Shown here: one piece after another, positions 9,633 through 19,544 of the stretch
How the letters are laid out: each line of letters starts with the position of its first letter
How positions within the stretch are numbered: position 1 is the first letter of the stretch
Assembly (NCBI GenBank): GCA_034422315.1
Contig: DAOUJT010000176.1
Span: forward strand, 3,075-67,074
Length of the DNA: 64,000 bases
Source of the DNA: Chloroflexota bacterium
GTDB taxonomy: Bacteria > Chloroflexota > UBA11872
Direction: 5' to 3'
The notes under the pieces: model-generated
What the model was told of the DNA's origin: nothing
The model's database searches: none
Seen by the model: the letters and a program-made list of their open reading frames with translations, nothing else
Made by a program: the position numbers and the translations under genes

Positions 9633-11891
9633 CTAGCCGTGCCGGTCGGGCCGCCACTCGATGACCTCGCGCTCTTCGGGCGTGGCCTCGACGCGGATGG
9701 GAAAGCGCCCGCCCTTGGCGAGGAGCAGGCCGTCGCCCCTGGGGCAGGACAATAGCCAGCGTTGCAGGTCCTCCGGCAGGTCGAAGGCGTCGCCGATCGT
9801 GTCGATGGCCGCCGCGTCCTGCTGGAGCAGCAGCTTGAAGGCCGCGTTCTGGAGCAGGGCGCGTCCCGAGTGCCCCGTGATGAGCTGGGACGGATCCTCG
9901 CTCAAGAGGTCCTGGACGTCCTGGGTGATGAACTGCAAGCCCAGGCGGTGCTTCCGGGCCCGCTTGGCCATCGAGACCATGAAGGCGGCCCCCTCGGGGT
10001 GCTGCATGATCGACCACACCTCGTCCACCACCAGCAGGCGGGGCTTGGGGTCCTGCGCGGCCGCCGCCCACACCGTTTCGGTGCACACCATGGCGGCGGC
10101 GGGCCGCAACTCCGGCTCCAGGAGGCGCAGGTCGAAGACGGTCACCAGCGCCTCGGTGGCGAGCAGGTCGTCGCCCTCGTCGGCGAGCAGATGCCGCAGA
10201 CTGCCGGTGGCGAAGGGCCGCAGCAGCGAGGTGAGGCCGTCATCCCCGTCGCGTTCCAAATAGGCGTAGAAGTCCTTGAAGCCGGTGCGGGTTCGGGGCT
10301 CGGCGTAGTAGGCGGCCAGGGCGTGGTCCAGGGCGGCTCGCCGCTCGGCGCCCAGCCGTTCGCCGATCATCACCTCGATGAGGCGGCGCAGGCTGCCGAT
10401 CCTCTGGAGCAGCTCCTCGCTATCGCCCCGCTCGATGACGAAGGGGTTCATGCCCTGGCCGGGGACGCCGGGCGACAGCACCCGCCCGCCCGCCGTGCGG
10501 GCCAGGTCGGCGTACTCGCCCTCGGGATCGATCACGTAGGCGACGACGCCGCGGGCGATGCCCCGCAGCACCCCCAGCTTGGTGGCGAAGGACTTGCCGC
10601 TGCCGGAGCGGGCCAGCACGGCGGTGTTGGCGTTGAGATGCGTGCCGTCGAAGGGGTCGTAGACCACCGGCGCGCAGGCCCGCAGGTCGATGCCGTACAG
10701 CGTCCCCCGACGGGTGTCCAGGTCGGGGGGCGCGAAGGGATAGAGGCGGGCCAGCGACGAGGTGTCCAGGGTGCGCCACGCGCCGACGGCGTTGAGGCCC
10801 AGGGGCAACGTGGACAGGCGACCCTCCCGCTGGCGGAAGGTCAGACCGTCCAGCTTGCCCAGCGTGGCGGCGACATGGGCTCGCACCCGTTGGGTCGCCG
10901 CCTCGAGGGCCGCCGCGTCCGGCGCGTGCAGGGTGATGGCCAGCGACGAATGGAAGAGCCGCTCCCGGCCGCGTTGCACCGCGTCGCGCAGTCGCGTGAC
11001 GTCCTCCAGCGCGATCGCCGCCTCGGGGGCCATGGTGCGGCCCCGGCGCAGCGACCATGACTGCGCCGACTCGAAGCGCACCTTTTGCCACTCCAGGGTC
11101 CGGGCCGCCTGCGCGGCGGGGATCGGCCCCAGGTGGAGGGACAGGTCCAGGGACGCCCCGGTCGCCATGAGGCCCCGGAGGAAGCCGGGCGCGAGCGTCC
11201 GGGGCCAGTGGCCCAGATGCAGCGAGCGGGTCAGGTGGTCCCCGACGCGGATGTCGCGACGGTTGATCTCGACCGCCGCGGGCGCGTCCTCGTCCGTCCC
11301 CGTGGGGGACCCGCCCAGGGTCGAGGCCACGAGCAACATCCGCAGGGGACGGCCCGTCAGGGGATGGACGGACAGTCCGGCGCGCGCCAGCAGCCCACGC
11401 AGCTCGTCCACTCGCTCGGCTTGGCAGACGGCGTAGAAGCGCCGGTCCAGGACCCCGTCCCGAGTCTCCAGGTCCTTGAGGAGCCGGTGCAGCGAGTCGG
11501 CGGCGGCGTGGGCGCGGGCGGACAGGTCCGCAGGCCGGGCGTCCCGCAAGGCCGTCCGCAGACCGCCCAGCACGGGCGGGTGCTGTCGCACGAGCAACTG
11601 CGTTGGGAAGTCCAGGGCGTTGAGGGTCCCGGCGAAGGCGCCCAGCTTGGGCTCGTCCAGCTCCAGCCCCATCACCTCCAGCACGCTGACCTTGAATCCG
11701 TCGGCCCGCACCAGGCCGTCCGCCTCCACGTGGGAGAGCAGGAAGCCCTGGGCCAGGGGGAGCGGCGGCTTGGGTGGGGCCTCCGCGGATCCTCGGCGGT
11801 GGACGCGGCGGGCGCGGGCGGCCAGCCGTTGCAAGTTCGTACGTCGTGGGTTCACGGTCGTCGCCTCCTCGGCGTTATGGGATGGGGACAA
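9633..11891 (-). CDS. VirB4/TrsE/PrgJ-like conjugative transfer ATPase
   Basis: Walker A 'ARSGSGKSF', Walker B 'LLVVDEVWSIM', 'FITQDVQDLL'. Size is 752 aa and it is adjacent to pilin-like and PrgI-like genes. Confidence 0.8.
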   Translation of the reverse strand: MSPSHNAEEATTVNPRRTNLQRLAARARRVHRRGSAEAPPKPPLPLAQGFLLSHVEADGLVRADGFKVSVLEVMGLELDEPKLGAFAGTLNALDFPTQLLVRQHPPVLGGLRTALRDARPADLSARAHAAADSLHRLLKDLETRDGVLDRRFYAVCQAERVDELRGLLARAGLSVHPLTGRPLRMLLVASTLGGSPTGTDEDAPAAVEINRRDIRVGDHLTRSLHLGHWPRTLAPGFLRGLMATGASLDLSLHLGPIPAAQAARTLEWQKVRFESAQSWSLRRGRTMAPEAAIALEDVTRLRDAVQRGRERLFHSSLAITLHAPDAAALEAATQRVRAHVAATLGKLDGLTFRQREGRLSTLPLGLNAVGAWRTLDTSSLARLYPFAPPDLDTRRGTLYGIDLRACAPVVYDPFDGTHLNANTAVLARSGSGKSFATKLGVLRGIARGVVAYVIDPEGEYADLARTAGGRVLSPGVPGQGMNPFVIERGDSEELLQRIGSLRRLIEVMIGERLGAERRAALDHALAAYYAEPRTRTGFKDFYAYLERDGDDGLTSLLRPFATGSLRHLLADEGDDLLATEALVTVFDLRLLEPELRPAAAMVCTETVWAAAAQDPKPRLLVVDEVWSIMQHPEGAAFMVSMAKRARKHRLGLQFITQDVQDLLSEDPSQLITGHSGRALLQNAAFKLLLQQDAAAIDTIGDAFDLPEDLQRWLLSCPRGDGLLLAKGGRFPIRVEATPEEREVIEWRPDRHG

Positions 11892-12195
11892 TGCCGCGCA
11901 GCAGCGCGAGCGCCACGCCCTTGGCCGACAGCACGAGCACCAACCCCACGACGGCTCCCAGCACGGCGCTCCTGGCCCTGCCGGCGTCGCGTCCCTCAGC
12001 GCCCTCGACCATCAGGACGACGCCCGCCCAGACGATGGCGAAGAGGCAGCAGCCGCTCGCGGCGTAGGCCATCGCGGTCAGGACCTCGTTGAGAGCCTGG
12101 AGCATCGCCTGCTCCTCGGCCGGCGCAGCGCCGAGCACGGCGAGGGCACGGCTGGGGTCCGGCTGAAGTCGTGCCGGCCGACTCACCACGGCCAC
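11875..12195 (-). CDS. Small membrane protein (two hydrophobic helices) of the T4SS operon
   Basis: 'AMAYAASGCCLFAIVWAGVVLMV' and 'VLGAVVGLVLVLSAKGVALALL'. It overlaps its neighbours by a few codons on both sides. Confidence 0.5.
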   Translation of the reverse strand: MAVVSRPARLQPDPSRALAVLGAAPAEEQAMLQALNEVLTAMAYAASGCCLFAIVWAGVVLMVEGAEGRDAGRARSAVLGAVVGLVLVLSAKGVALALLRGIVPIP

Positions 12196-13907
12196 CGCCA
12201 GCCGAGGAGGTCGAACAGCCGCCTGACCTCCGGGTTGCTGAGCGGCGTCTGGGCGGCGGGCTCGGGGTCCGGCGGGAGTGCCGGCAGGTTGAGGGCCTGA
12301 TAGGGGGCGTCGGACCCGACGCTCAGCGTGAGGGCCAGCGCTTCGCGCCGGTCCAGGGTCATGGGCGCGCGTTCCACCACCTCCGCTTGTACGTGCTCCG
12401 GGTGGATGATGGTCAGGGTGACGTCGCGGTGGACGCTGGCGCTGGAGATTGCGAGGTCTGCCGAGACCGTGTGCTGTGTCGTCGTTCCGTCGGCGTGAGA
12501 CACCGTCACCGTCTCGCTGACGGTCTTGCTGGTCCCGGGCCGCTCAAGGTGCACCGTCTCGGTGCGTGCTTCGGTTCGCTCCGGGTGGTGAGTGAGCAGC
12601 ACCAGCGGCGGGAGGGCGATCCTGAGCGTCGCCTGCAGATCGGCCGCCAGCGTCACCCGGTGGACCGTTCGGCCCGCCGCCACCGGCAGCCGGACCCGCG
12701 TCTCGCCATCGGCGACGAACGACGCGCTGGCGCGCGTCCCGCCGCTCGTGAGGGCGACCGTCCCCGTGATGTCCGTGATCTCGGCGTCCCTCGCCACCGT
12801 CACGCTCTGCGCGTGGTGGCCGTCGGACATGGGGAGGTCCACGAGTTCCTCAATGATGGCGACGCAATCGGAGACCAGCACGCCCTCGATGCCGCCCGGC
12901 TTCCAACTCAGGGACACGACGCGGGCGTCGCAGATATCGCCCTCGACCACGGGGAGTGGATAGGGCAGCTGCGGCCCTTTCAGGGTCACGGCCCCCGCCT
13001 GACCCCTCGCGTCCTCCCAGGCAAATGCGAGGGATGGCGCGGCGCCCGCCAGGGGCAGGTGGTAGACGATGCGCTCGCCCTGTGCCAGCGAGGCCATGCC
13101 GGTGAACGACGGCTGCCGACGGTCACCGTAGGCCCGCACCCGCAGGTCCAGGTCGGTGGCCGCCCGCAGGGTGACCGTGGCGCGATCGTCTGTCACCTGA
13201 AGCTCCTCGACGAAGAGCCGCCGTCCGGGAACCGGCGCGGGCATCTCGAACTCGATCTCGTCCTGCCAGGGCTCCTCGGCCAGCGCCACGGGCGGGACGG
13301 TCAGCGGCGCCGCCGCCAGGACGGCGATGGCCAGGGCGATGCCCCACCAGCCCGTTCGACGTTTCGCGTCCCGGGTCGCCGTGGTCTGGCCGTGCCCGGG
13401 CGTGCGCCGCAGCTTTCGCCACCGCTTGCCGAACCATGCGCGGGGCCGCAGGCGCCGCCGTTCTCGGCGGCGCGGCTTGCGCTTGCGTCGATGGCGGAGG
13501 CCGCGCCGGGCTCGCCGTGCCAGGAGCCGGAGCCGCTCCGACGCGGTCGGCGGCGGCGGGGGCGCCTGGCGGCGCAGCAGCTGGGCCTGGGTCCCCGCGT
13601 AGCGTCGCGGCCCCAGCCAGAACCGCAGCAGGTCGGCTGCGACCAGCGGCAGCCGCCGGCCCCCGATCCTGCCCGCGACGGCCGTCAGGCCGAGCAGGCC
13701 CAGGCCGACGGCGATCGCCAGGCGGACTTCCGCGGAGCCGACGGGCACGACGCGGTAGGCGCCGTAGGCCAGGGCGCCCACCGCCGTCAGCGCCACGATC
13801 TGCGGGAACGTGAACCACAGCAGGACGCGGTCCTCGGCCTGCACGTGGGTCGGGACTTCGTGTTCGTTCATCGCTGTTTGCTCCGGTGTGTCTTCCTCCG
13901 GCCCCAC
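12183..13907 (-). CDS. PrgI/VirB3-like membrane protein with a long C-terminal extracytoplasmic extension
   Basis: N-terminus 'VPTHVQAEDRVLLWFTFPQIVALTAVGALAYGAY' matches what I remember of PrgI-family starts. An arginine-rich linker and a second TM ('WWGIALAIAVLAAAPL') follow. An alternative ATG at 13871 has GGAG upstream. Confidence 0.6.
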   Translation of the reverse strand: MGPEEDTPEQTAMNEHEVPTHVQAEDRVLLWFTFPQIVALTAVGALAYGAYRVVPVGSAEVRLAIAVGLGLLGLTAVAGRIGGRRLPLVAADLLRFWLGPRRYAGTQAQLLRRQAPPPPPTASERLRLLARRARRGLRHRRKRKPRRRERRRLRPRAWFGKRWRKLRRTPGHGQTTATRDAKRRTGWWGIALAIAVLAAAPLTVPPVALAEEPWQDEIEFEMPAPVPGRRLFVEELQVTDDRATVTLRAATDLDLRVRAYGDRRQPSFTGMASLAQGERIVYHLPLAGAAPSLAFAWEDARGQAGAVTLKGPQLPYPLPVVEGDICDARVVSLSWKPGGIEGVLVSDCVAIIEELVDLPMSDGHHAQSVTVARDAEITDITGTVALTSGGTRASASFVADGETRVRLPVAAGRTVHRVTLAADLQATLRIALPPLVLLTHHPERTEARTETVHLERPGTSKTVSETVTVSHADGTTTQHTVSADLAISSASVHRDVTLTIIHPEHVQAEVVERAPMTLDRREALALTLSVGSDAPYQALNLPALPPDPEPAAQTPLSNPEVRRLFDLLGWRWPW

Positions 13908-13913
13908 CGCCGC

Positions 13914-14207
13914 CTAGCCGCCGTTGGTGGAGGGCGCGGGGGTGATGGGGGCGGGCAGGCTGGGCGTCACCGTCGGGCTCACGACGGCGTTCATCACCAA
14001 CCCGACGATGCCGTAGGCCACCATCGCCAGCACGATGCCCGCGACGGCGGTCAACATGGCGCTCTTGCCGCGCTCCATCTGGTGGGGCGCGCCGGAGGCC
14101 GTCAGGTACAGGTAGGCCCCGTAGACGAAGAAGCCGACGCCCACCGCGCCGACGACGCCCAGCAGGATGCCGACGAGGTTCGAGATGGTCTGGGTCAGTT
14201 GTGCCAT
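13914..14207 (-). CDS. VirB2/TrbC-like pilin-type small membrane protein
   Basis: 97 aa with two TM helices ('LVGILLGVVGAVGVGFFVYGAYLYL', 'AVAGIVLAMVAYGIVGLVM'), located in the T4SS operon. Confidence 0.55.
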   Translation of the reverse strand: MAQLTQTISNLVGILLGVVGAVGVGFFVYGAYLYLTASGAPHQMERGKSAMLTAVAGIVLAMVAYGIVGLVMNAVVSPTVTPSLPAPITPAPSTNGG

Positions 14208-14360
14208 GCGTGTGTCTCCTGTTCGTTGCCGAGTGTTTCCTCACTCGCCGTTCCGTCCGTCGCGTGCTCGCTTCGCGTGCCGCCGCGCTACTGGCTCATC
14301 GCGCCTCCTTCCGCGGGTGGGAGGTGGACGCGATCGCCCGCCGTGGGGCGTCGTGGGTGG

Positions 14361-15341
14361 TTACTCATGGGCGCTTCGGGGTGCTCCGCCGCCCCCGCCA
14401 CGGCCCGACGGGGTGGTCGTCTCCGCCGCCGAGCGGACGCCGCCGGCCGCGCCTGACGCCAGGCTCGATCCCGCCAGCGCCGCGCCCGCCGCCGTCCCGG
14501 CCGGGCCGCCGGCGGTTCCACCGGCCAGCATCCCGACGGCCCGGGCGGAGCGGACGATGTTCCCGGGCAGGGACATCCCGAAGTGGAGGGTGCGCAGCCA
14601 GGCGTCGAAGGTCCCCGCGTTGCCCAGCAGCGTCGGCACGCGCGTCGCCAGGTACACGAAGGCCAGCGACAGCAGCAGCTTCCAGATGAGGTCCTGCACC
14701 GGCTCGAAGGCGGCGATGCCCGCAAACTCCTGCAGGAACCCGAAGCCCAACGCCAGGGCGATCAGTTGCACCGCCTGCTGGAACACCGTCGTCATGAAGG
14801 TGCGCAGCCAGTGCCGCCCCCAGCCCGCCGTGTGCGGCAGGATCCACAACCCCCACGTGATGGGCGCCAGCGCCAGCAGGAGGTCGATGAGGGCCAGCCG
14901 CAGGAGCATCTGCACCACCACGTAGAGGACGAACAAGCCGTAGATCAGATAGAGCAGCGCCAAGAGGACGGCGAGGCCCACGCTCCCGGCCGCGACGGCG
15001 GTAAGCAGCGTCTCGGCCGAGGCTCGGAGCAGGTCGGCGGCGGTGACGTCGAGCGACGCGGCGATGAAGCCGGCGACGGCGTGGGCCACGTCGATGACCA
15101 ACGCGCACCACCACAGCGACGTGGCGGCGGCCACCAGCCCCAGGACCAGCCGGGGCCCCAGGTCCCGCCAGCCCGTCTGCGGCTGGCCCAAGTGCTCGCT
15201 CATGATGAGGCTCAGCCCCAGCCAGCCCAGGATGACGACCAACGCGCCGGAGGCAATGGCCCAGACGACCATCCACGCCTGCCGGACCAATGCGTGGTCG
15301 TAGGTGAGCTCGGCGGGCGTGCCGGTGAAAACGTCGCTCAT
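14361..15341 (-). CDS. Polytopic membrane protein, VirB6/TrbL-like
   Basis: 326 aa with at least 6 hydrophobic segments and a glycine/alanine-rich C-terminal tail. It lies directly upstream of the pilin-like gene. Confidence 0.55.
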   Translation of the reverse strand: MSDVFTGTPAELTYDHALVRQAWMVVWAIASGALVVILGWLGLSLIMSEHLGQPQTGWRDLGPRLVLGLVAAATSLWWCALVIDVAHAVAGFIAASLDVTAADLLRASAETLLTAVAAGSVGLAVLLALLYLIYGLFVLYVVVQMLLRLALIDLLLALAPITWGLWILPHTAGWGRHWLRTFMTTVFQQAVQLIALALGFGFLQEFAGIAAFEPVQDLIWKLLLSLAFVYLATRVPTLLGNAGTFDAWLRTLHFGMSLPGNIVRSARAVGMLAGGTAGGPAGTAAGAALAGSSLASGAAGGVRSAAETTTPSGRGGGGGAPRSAHE

Positions 15342-15348
15342 GCCGTCG

Positions 15349-15987
15349 TCATTCCGCTTCGCAGGTGGCGGCGTCCGCGCCGCTGGCGCGCTCCACCACG
15401 CCGCAGAGGGTCCCGTGGACCCCCTCGATGACCCAGTGGGCGAAGGCCCTGGCCCAGCGCTCCGGGTCCAGGGCGCCCAGCACTTGGTCCCACAGGCCGG
15501 TGGGCTGATACACCGGAATCACGGCGTGGAAGGCGTGAGGCGTTCCGCCGCCGTCGTCCACCAGCAGGACCAGGAGATAGGTCTGCTCGGGGTCAAGCGC
15601 GGGCTGCTCGTCCAGCACGGGGTACTCGAAGCTGTACTCCCAGCCGTCGGCCCGCCGCGTGGCTCCGCCATGCACCTGATACACGCTCGTGATCCAGGTG
15701 CCGCTGTCGGGGTGGCGCACGCCGTAGTGAAGAACGTCGACCGCTTGGCTGAAGAGGGGCCGCGCGATGAAACGTCCGTCGTCCTTGCGTTCGATGGGAT
15801 CCCGGTGCTCGTTGACGAGGGTCAGGCCCGCACCGGGCGGGTCCTGGGCCAGGGCGGGGGTGCTCGACGGGATCGCCAGCAGCGCCGCCACCAGCAGCGC
15901 CGTGGCCAGCGGCGCTATCAGCCGCTTGGCCCCCGTATCGAGGACGGGGCGGGCGCTCCTGAGCCTGCGGGTCGATTGCCGTGCCAA
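15349..15987 (-). CDS. Secreted hypothetical protein (signal peptide)
   Basis: 'RLIAPLATALLVAALLAIPSSTPALAQD' is signal-like. It is the first gene of the minus-strand T4SS array. Confidence 0.5.
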   Translation of the reverse strand: MARQSTRRLRSARPVLDTGAKRLIAPLATALLVAALLAIPSSTPALAQDPPGAGLTLVNEHRDPIERKDDGRFIARPLFSQAVDVLHYGVRHPDSGTWITSVYQVHGGATRRADGWEYSFEYPVLDEQPALDPEQTYLLVLLVDDGGGTPHAFHAVIPVYQPTGLWDQVLGALDPERWARAFAHWVIEGVHGTLCGVVERASGADAATCEAE

Positions 15988-16352
15988 CGCGCTGCCTTTG
16001 CGGTGATGGAGTCGTCAGTTGCTGCCATCGAGTCTGAAGAGCCGCGCGGCTCGACGTAATGGCTTGTGAGGGGGGCCTGCGCGCAGGCCCCCCTCACAGG
16101 GTCTGCACGTGTGCGGACGCCGCGTGATGTCATGGGGGTGTACAGAGAAACGAGGAACGTTGCAGAAATGCACGTGGGTCGTGGCCCAGGTGTACCCGGG
16201 CGCAATGCGAGCGGCGGGCTGCATGCCGGCAAGTACGGCGGCATAAGGCTCGGTTGCAGCGGATATTGCACAAGTGCAGGTGGCGTCAGCCGGCGGGCGT
16301 GGCTCTGGCCAGGTGCCAACGCGAGCCAGCGGGGCGGACGACGGACAGTGGG

Positions 16353-17138
16353 ATGAGTGGCCAGCCCCCGACCGAGACGGACGCGCAGCTCCTGGAACTA
16401 CTCGGCGACCTGGTGCGGGCCGAGGGCCGGCTCAAGGCGGCGCACGCGCTGGGCGTCAACTACCGCACCCTGGTCAGGGCCATCGAGTCGGGCCAGCTGT
16501 CGCGGCGCATGCGCGACGCCCTGGAGCGGCGGCGGCTGGCCGAGGGCGAGGCGACAACGGCCCAGCAGCGGGACGAGAGGCAGGCCGTGGCGCAGCGGAT
16601 TGCGGAGCTGGATGCGCGGCTGACGGCGGTGGAGTGCGAGCGGCGCGGTCCCGATGACGGCGGGGGTGAGCGGCGGGCGGTGGAGGCGCTGACCCGCCGG
16701 GTGGCGCGGCTGGAGCGGGGCCATGGAACGGTGACGGCCACCGGCCCCGAGGCCCCGGAGCATCAGCGGCGATGGGCGGTCGATGACCCGAGCCGTGTCG
16801 GCGTGGTCACCGCAGACCCTCACCCGGGCGAAGAAGCGTCCTACGGTCCGGGGATGCCGCTGGTGGCGGAGTGGCGGCGCCTGACCCGGCAGCGCGGGGA
16901 CGGCACGAAGCTCGACCAGGTGAAGACCCGCGAGCGGATCATGGCGTTGGAGATCGCGCTGATCGAGGAGTACGAACTGACCCTGCCGCCGGACACGGAC
17001 CCACTGCACCCGTCCCAGCGGGAGGGCTATCTGCGCTGGCGTCGACGGGCGTTGGCGGACCTCCAGACGGAGCGGATGCGGCGCGAGTTGCTGCGCTGGG
17101 TGCGCCGGGTCCTCACCCTGGGCCTGTGGTGGCGGTAG
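16353..17138 (+). CDS. Hypothetical protein, arginine/glutamate-rich, possible HTH
   Basis: Internal ATG of track ORF 16254..17138 ('MSGQPPTETDAQLLELLGDLV...LGVNYRTLVRAIESGQLS'). It is divergent from the T4SS operon. Confidence 0.5.
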   Translation: MSGQPPTETDAQLLELLGDLVRAEGRLKAAHALGVNYRTLVRAIESGQLSRRMRDALERRRLAEGEATTAQQRDERQAVAQRIAELDARLTAVECERRGPDDGGGERRAVEALTRRVARLERGHGTVTATGPEAPEHQRRWAVDDPSRVGVVTADPHPGEEASYGPGMPLVAEWRRLTRQRGDGTKLDQVKTRERIMALEIALIEEYELTLPPDTDPLHPSQREGYLRWRRRALADLQTERMRRELLRWVRRVLTLGLWWR

Positions 17139-17208
17139 GTCGCCGGCGGCGGGTTGGCGCGGGCGTATCTGGGTCCGCGCCATTGGCGCTGCAGCGGAGC
17201 AAGCATTT

Positions 17209-17231
17209 GGGGGTGGGAGCCTCCCACCCCC
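17209..17231. repeat. Perfect 11-bp-arm palindrome GGGGGTGGGAG-c-CTCCCACCCCC
   Basis: Read directly from the sequence, about 70 nt downstream of the 17138 stop, inside a 660-nt gene-free interval. Confidence 0.8.
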
Positions 17232-17627
17232 TTCCATCCACCCCTGCGGCCCGCCATACTGAGGGCAGTGTCAGGTTTTTCCAGCGTTTCCCGCCTTAGA
17301 AACCTGGGGGTCCTGTCCCTGCGCCCGGGACTGACCGCGGCGGATTGAGCCTCGCTCTCCGCCCGGTTGCCCACGAGGGATACGCCACAGCGGTCGGCGT
17401 GTGCACGGCGACCGCTCGACGACCGTGGTCGGCGTGCGCCATGCGCGCGGACCGTCGTCCCATGCCTGCGGCGCGGCTTCGCATCGTCGGGCCGCAGCTT
17501 CCCGACGCGCCTACTTCCGAGGTCGGGGTCGGCCGGCCGCCCCACGTTCCCGTAGCTCCGCCGGGCCAGCCGCTCCTGCCCTAGACCCCGGCCGAGGCGC
17601 GTCGGCGTCTGCTCCCACGCCGCGCCC

Positions 17628-17700
17628 TGCGTCCCGCATCCAACCGGAGGCGGCGTGCGTCCCGCGTCCACCCATCCATCACCCATGCCCCGCGTCCCGG
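17628..17700 (+). promoter_or_regulatory. Three direct copies of (T/C)GCGTCCCG(C/G) upstream of the primase operon
   Basis: Copies at 17628-17637, 17656-17665 and 17691-17700. Their function is unknown (iteron or operator candidate). Confidence 0.3.
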
Positions 17701-17799
17701 ATGCCGCGCGGCGCGACACCCACGGAGGTGCACCGGCTCATGCAGCAACGAGTTCAGACGAGAAACGGGCGACACGCGCCCACCAGTGAGGAGGATCCA

Positions 17800-18255
17800 A
17801 TGACGACGGCAGTAGCAAGCCATCGACCACCGATGGCAGACCCTCGGCTCCACCCGGACCGGCAGGCGAACCGGGGGATGGCGGTCACGGGCACGGTCAC
17901 GGCTCAGGCCCCGGCTCAGCGCGTGGCCGGCGCCATCCACGACGCCCGACGGCGGCGGCAGGCGGGCGACCTGGACGAGGCCCTGGCCATCCTCGCCGGG
18001 CTGGACGTGGCGCGGGCGGCGACGCCGGAGGCGCGCTGGGCCTACGCCGAGTGGCTGGACGTGGCCCGGCGGCGCGTTGGCGGGCACCCGGCGTGGCTCT
18101 ACCGCCCCGGCACGGGCCGGGCCGCGGTGCTCGTGCCCAGGACGGACGGCGCCCTGCAGGTGGTGGCCGTGCTGGGGATGCGCTGGCCGCCTGGCAAGGT
18201 CGTCTCGCGGCGCAGCCTGCGGGGCCTGAAGCCGTTGCGGAGCGGCGCGCCGTGA
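17800..18255 (+). CDS. Hypothetical protein
   Basis: ATG at 17800 is preceded by GAGGAGGA. The stop overlaps the primase GTG start (GTGA at 18252-18255). Confidence 0.55.
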   Translation: MTTAVASHRPPMADPRLHPDRQANRGMAVTGTVTAQAPAQRVAGAIHDARRRRQAGDLDEALAILAGLDVARAATPEARWAYAEWLDVARRRVGGHPAWLYRPGTGRAAVLVPRTDGALQVVAVLGMRWPPGKVVSRRSLRGLKPLRSGAP

Positions 18256-19301
18256 TCGGGGCCAGCGCGCCGGTGGACATTCCGGCGCTCAAGCGCCGCC
18301 ACCCCCTGGGCGACGTGGTGGAGGCGTCGGGCGTGCGGCTGCGCGGCCGAGGCCGCGTCCGCCAGGGCGTCTGCCCCTTCCACGCCGAGACCCAGGGCAG
18401 CTTCACGGTGTACGCCGACTCGGACCGCTGGTACTGCTTCGGCTGTGGGGCGGGCGGCGACGTGCTGGACTTCATCCAGCGGGTCGAGGGGCTGACCCTG
18501 CCCGACGCGATCCGGCGGCTGGACGGGGGCCACCGGCCTGCGGCCGGGACCGTCGCTCGTCCGGCCCACGCGCCGCCCACGTCCGCCGCGTCACCGCCCC
18601 GCGACGTGGCGCTGCTGACGGCGGCGGCGCGGTTCTACGCCGGTCAGTTGCGGCGTCATTCGGAGGCCCGGGCGTACCTGGCCTCCCGGGGCGTCGGTCG
18701 TGATGCTGCCGCCCGCCTGGGTCTCGGCTATGCGCCGGGCCACGGGCTGCGGCAGGCCTTGGCGGCGGTGGGATTCTCGGAGCGGCGGCTCAGGGCGTCC
18801 GGGCTGTTCACCGCACGAGGCGCGGAGCGGTTCGCCGGGATGGTGGTCGTCCCCGAGGTCGCCGGCCGACGCGTCCGCTGGCTCGCGGGGCGAGCGGTCG
18901 ACCCTGACCGCTCGCCCCGGTTCCAGGCGCTGCCCGGCCCCAAGCCGGTGCTTGGGCGTGGGCGGTGCGGCCCCGCGCCGCCCTGGCTGGTGCTCGCCGA
19001 GGGCCTCTTCGACTGGCTGGCGCTGGCGCAGTGGGGCCTGCCCGCCGGCGCCGCCCTGGGCACGCAGGGCATGGCGCGGGTTGCCGCTGCCCTGCGCGGC
19101 TGCCCCAGGGTCTTCCTGGCCTTCGACGCGGACGCCGCGGGCCTGGCGGCGGCCGCGCAGCTTGGGGACCTGCTGGGGCGCCGGGCGGCCGTGGTGACCC
19201 TGCCCACGGGCGTCGGCGACGTGGCCGAGCTGGCGGCCCGTCCCTATGGTCGCGCCGCCTTCCTCCACCAGCTCGGGCGGGCGGCGCACGCCGCCAGGTA
19301 G
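18252..19301 (+). CDS. DnaG-like primase (CHC2 zinc finger + Toprim)
   Basis: 'CPFHAETQGSFTVYADSDRWYCFGCGAGGDVLDF' is a CHC2 finger. Toprim-like 'LVLAEGLFDWLAL...VFLAFDADAAG'. Confidence 0.8.
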   Translation: MIGASAPVDIPALKRRHPLGDVVEASGVRLRGRGRVRQGVCPFHAETQGSFTVYADSDRWYCFGCGAGGDVLDFIQRVEGLTLPDAIRRLDGGHRPAAGTVARPAHAPPTSAASPPRDVALLTAAARFYAGQLRRHSEARAYLASRGVGRDAAARLGLGYAPGHGLRQALAAVGFSERRLRASGLFTARGAERFAGMVVVPEVAGRRVRWLAGRAVDPDRSPRFQALPGPKPVLGRGRCGPAPPWLVLAEGLFDWLALAQWGLPAGAALGTQGMARVAAALRGCPRVFLAFDADAAGLAAAAQLGDLLGRRAAVVTLPTGVGDVAELAARPYGRAAFLHQLGRAAHAAR

Positions 19302-19544
19302 CGCGCCACCACCGCACGCGCACGCCGCCCGCGGCGCGGCCTCGCCCCCGATTTCTGCTTGCGGGACTCCACCCCGCCCCATTCGTTGCTCCCACCCACC
19401 ACGCAAGGAGGGCCTATGCCCACAGCCCGACGGCGCATGCTCCGTCTTCGATACGGAGCGTGCGCCGCGCACGGGCGTCCCAGCGGACGCCCGCACCGAT
19501 AACGCCGCCACACGCCGTGGCACACCGCACAAAGGAGACCTGCC

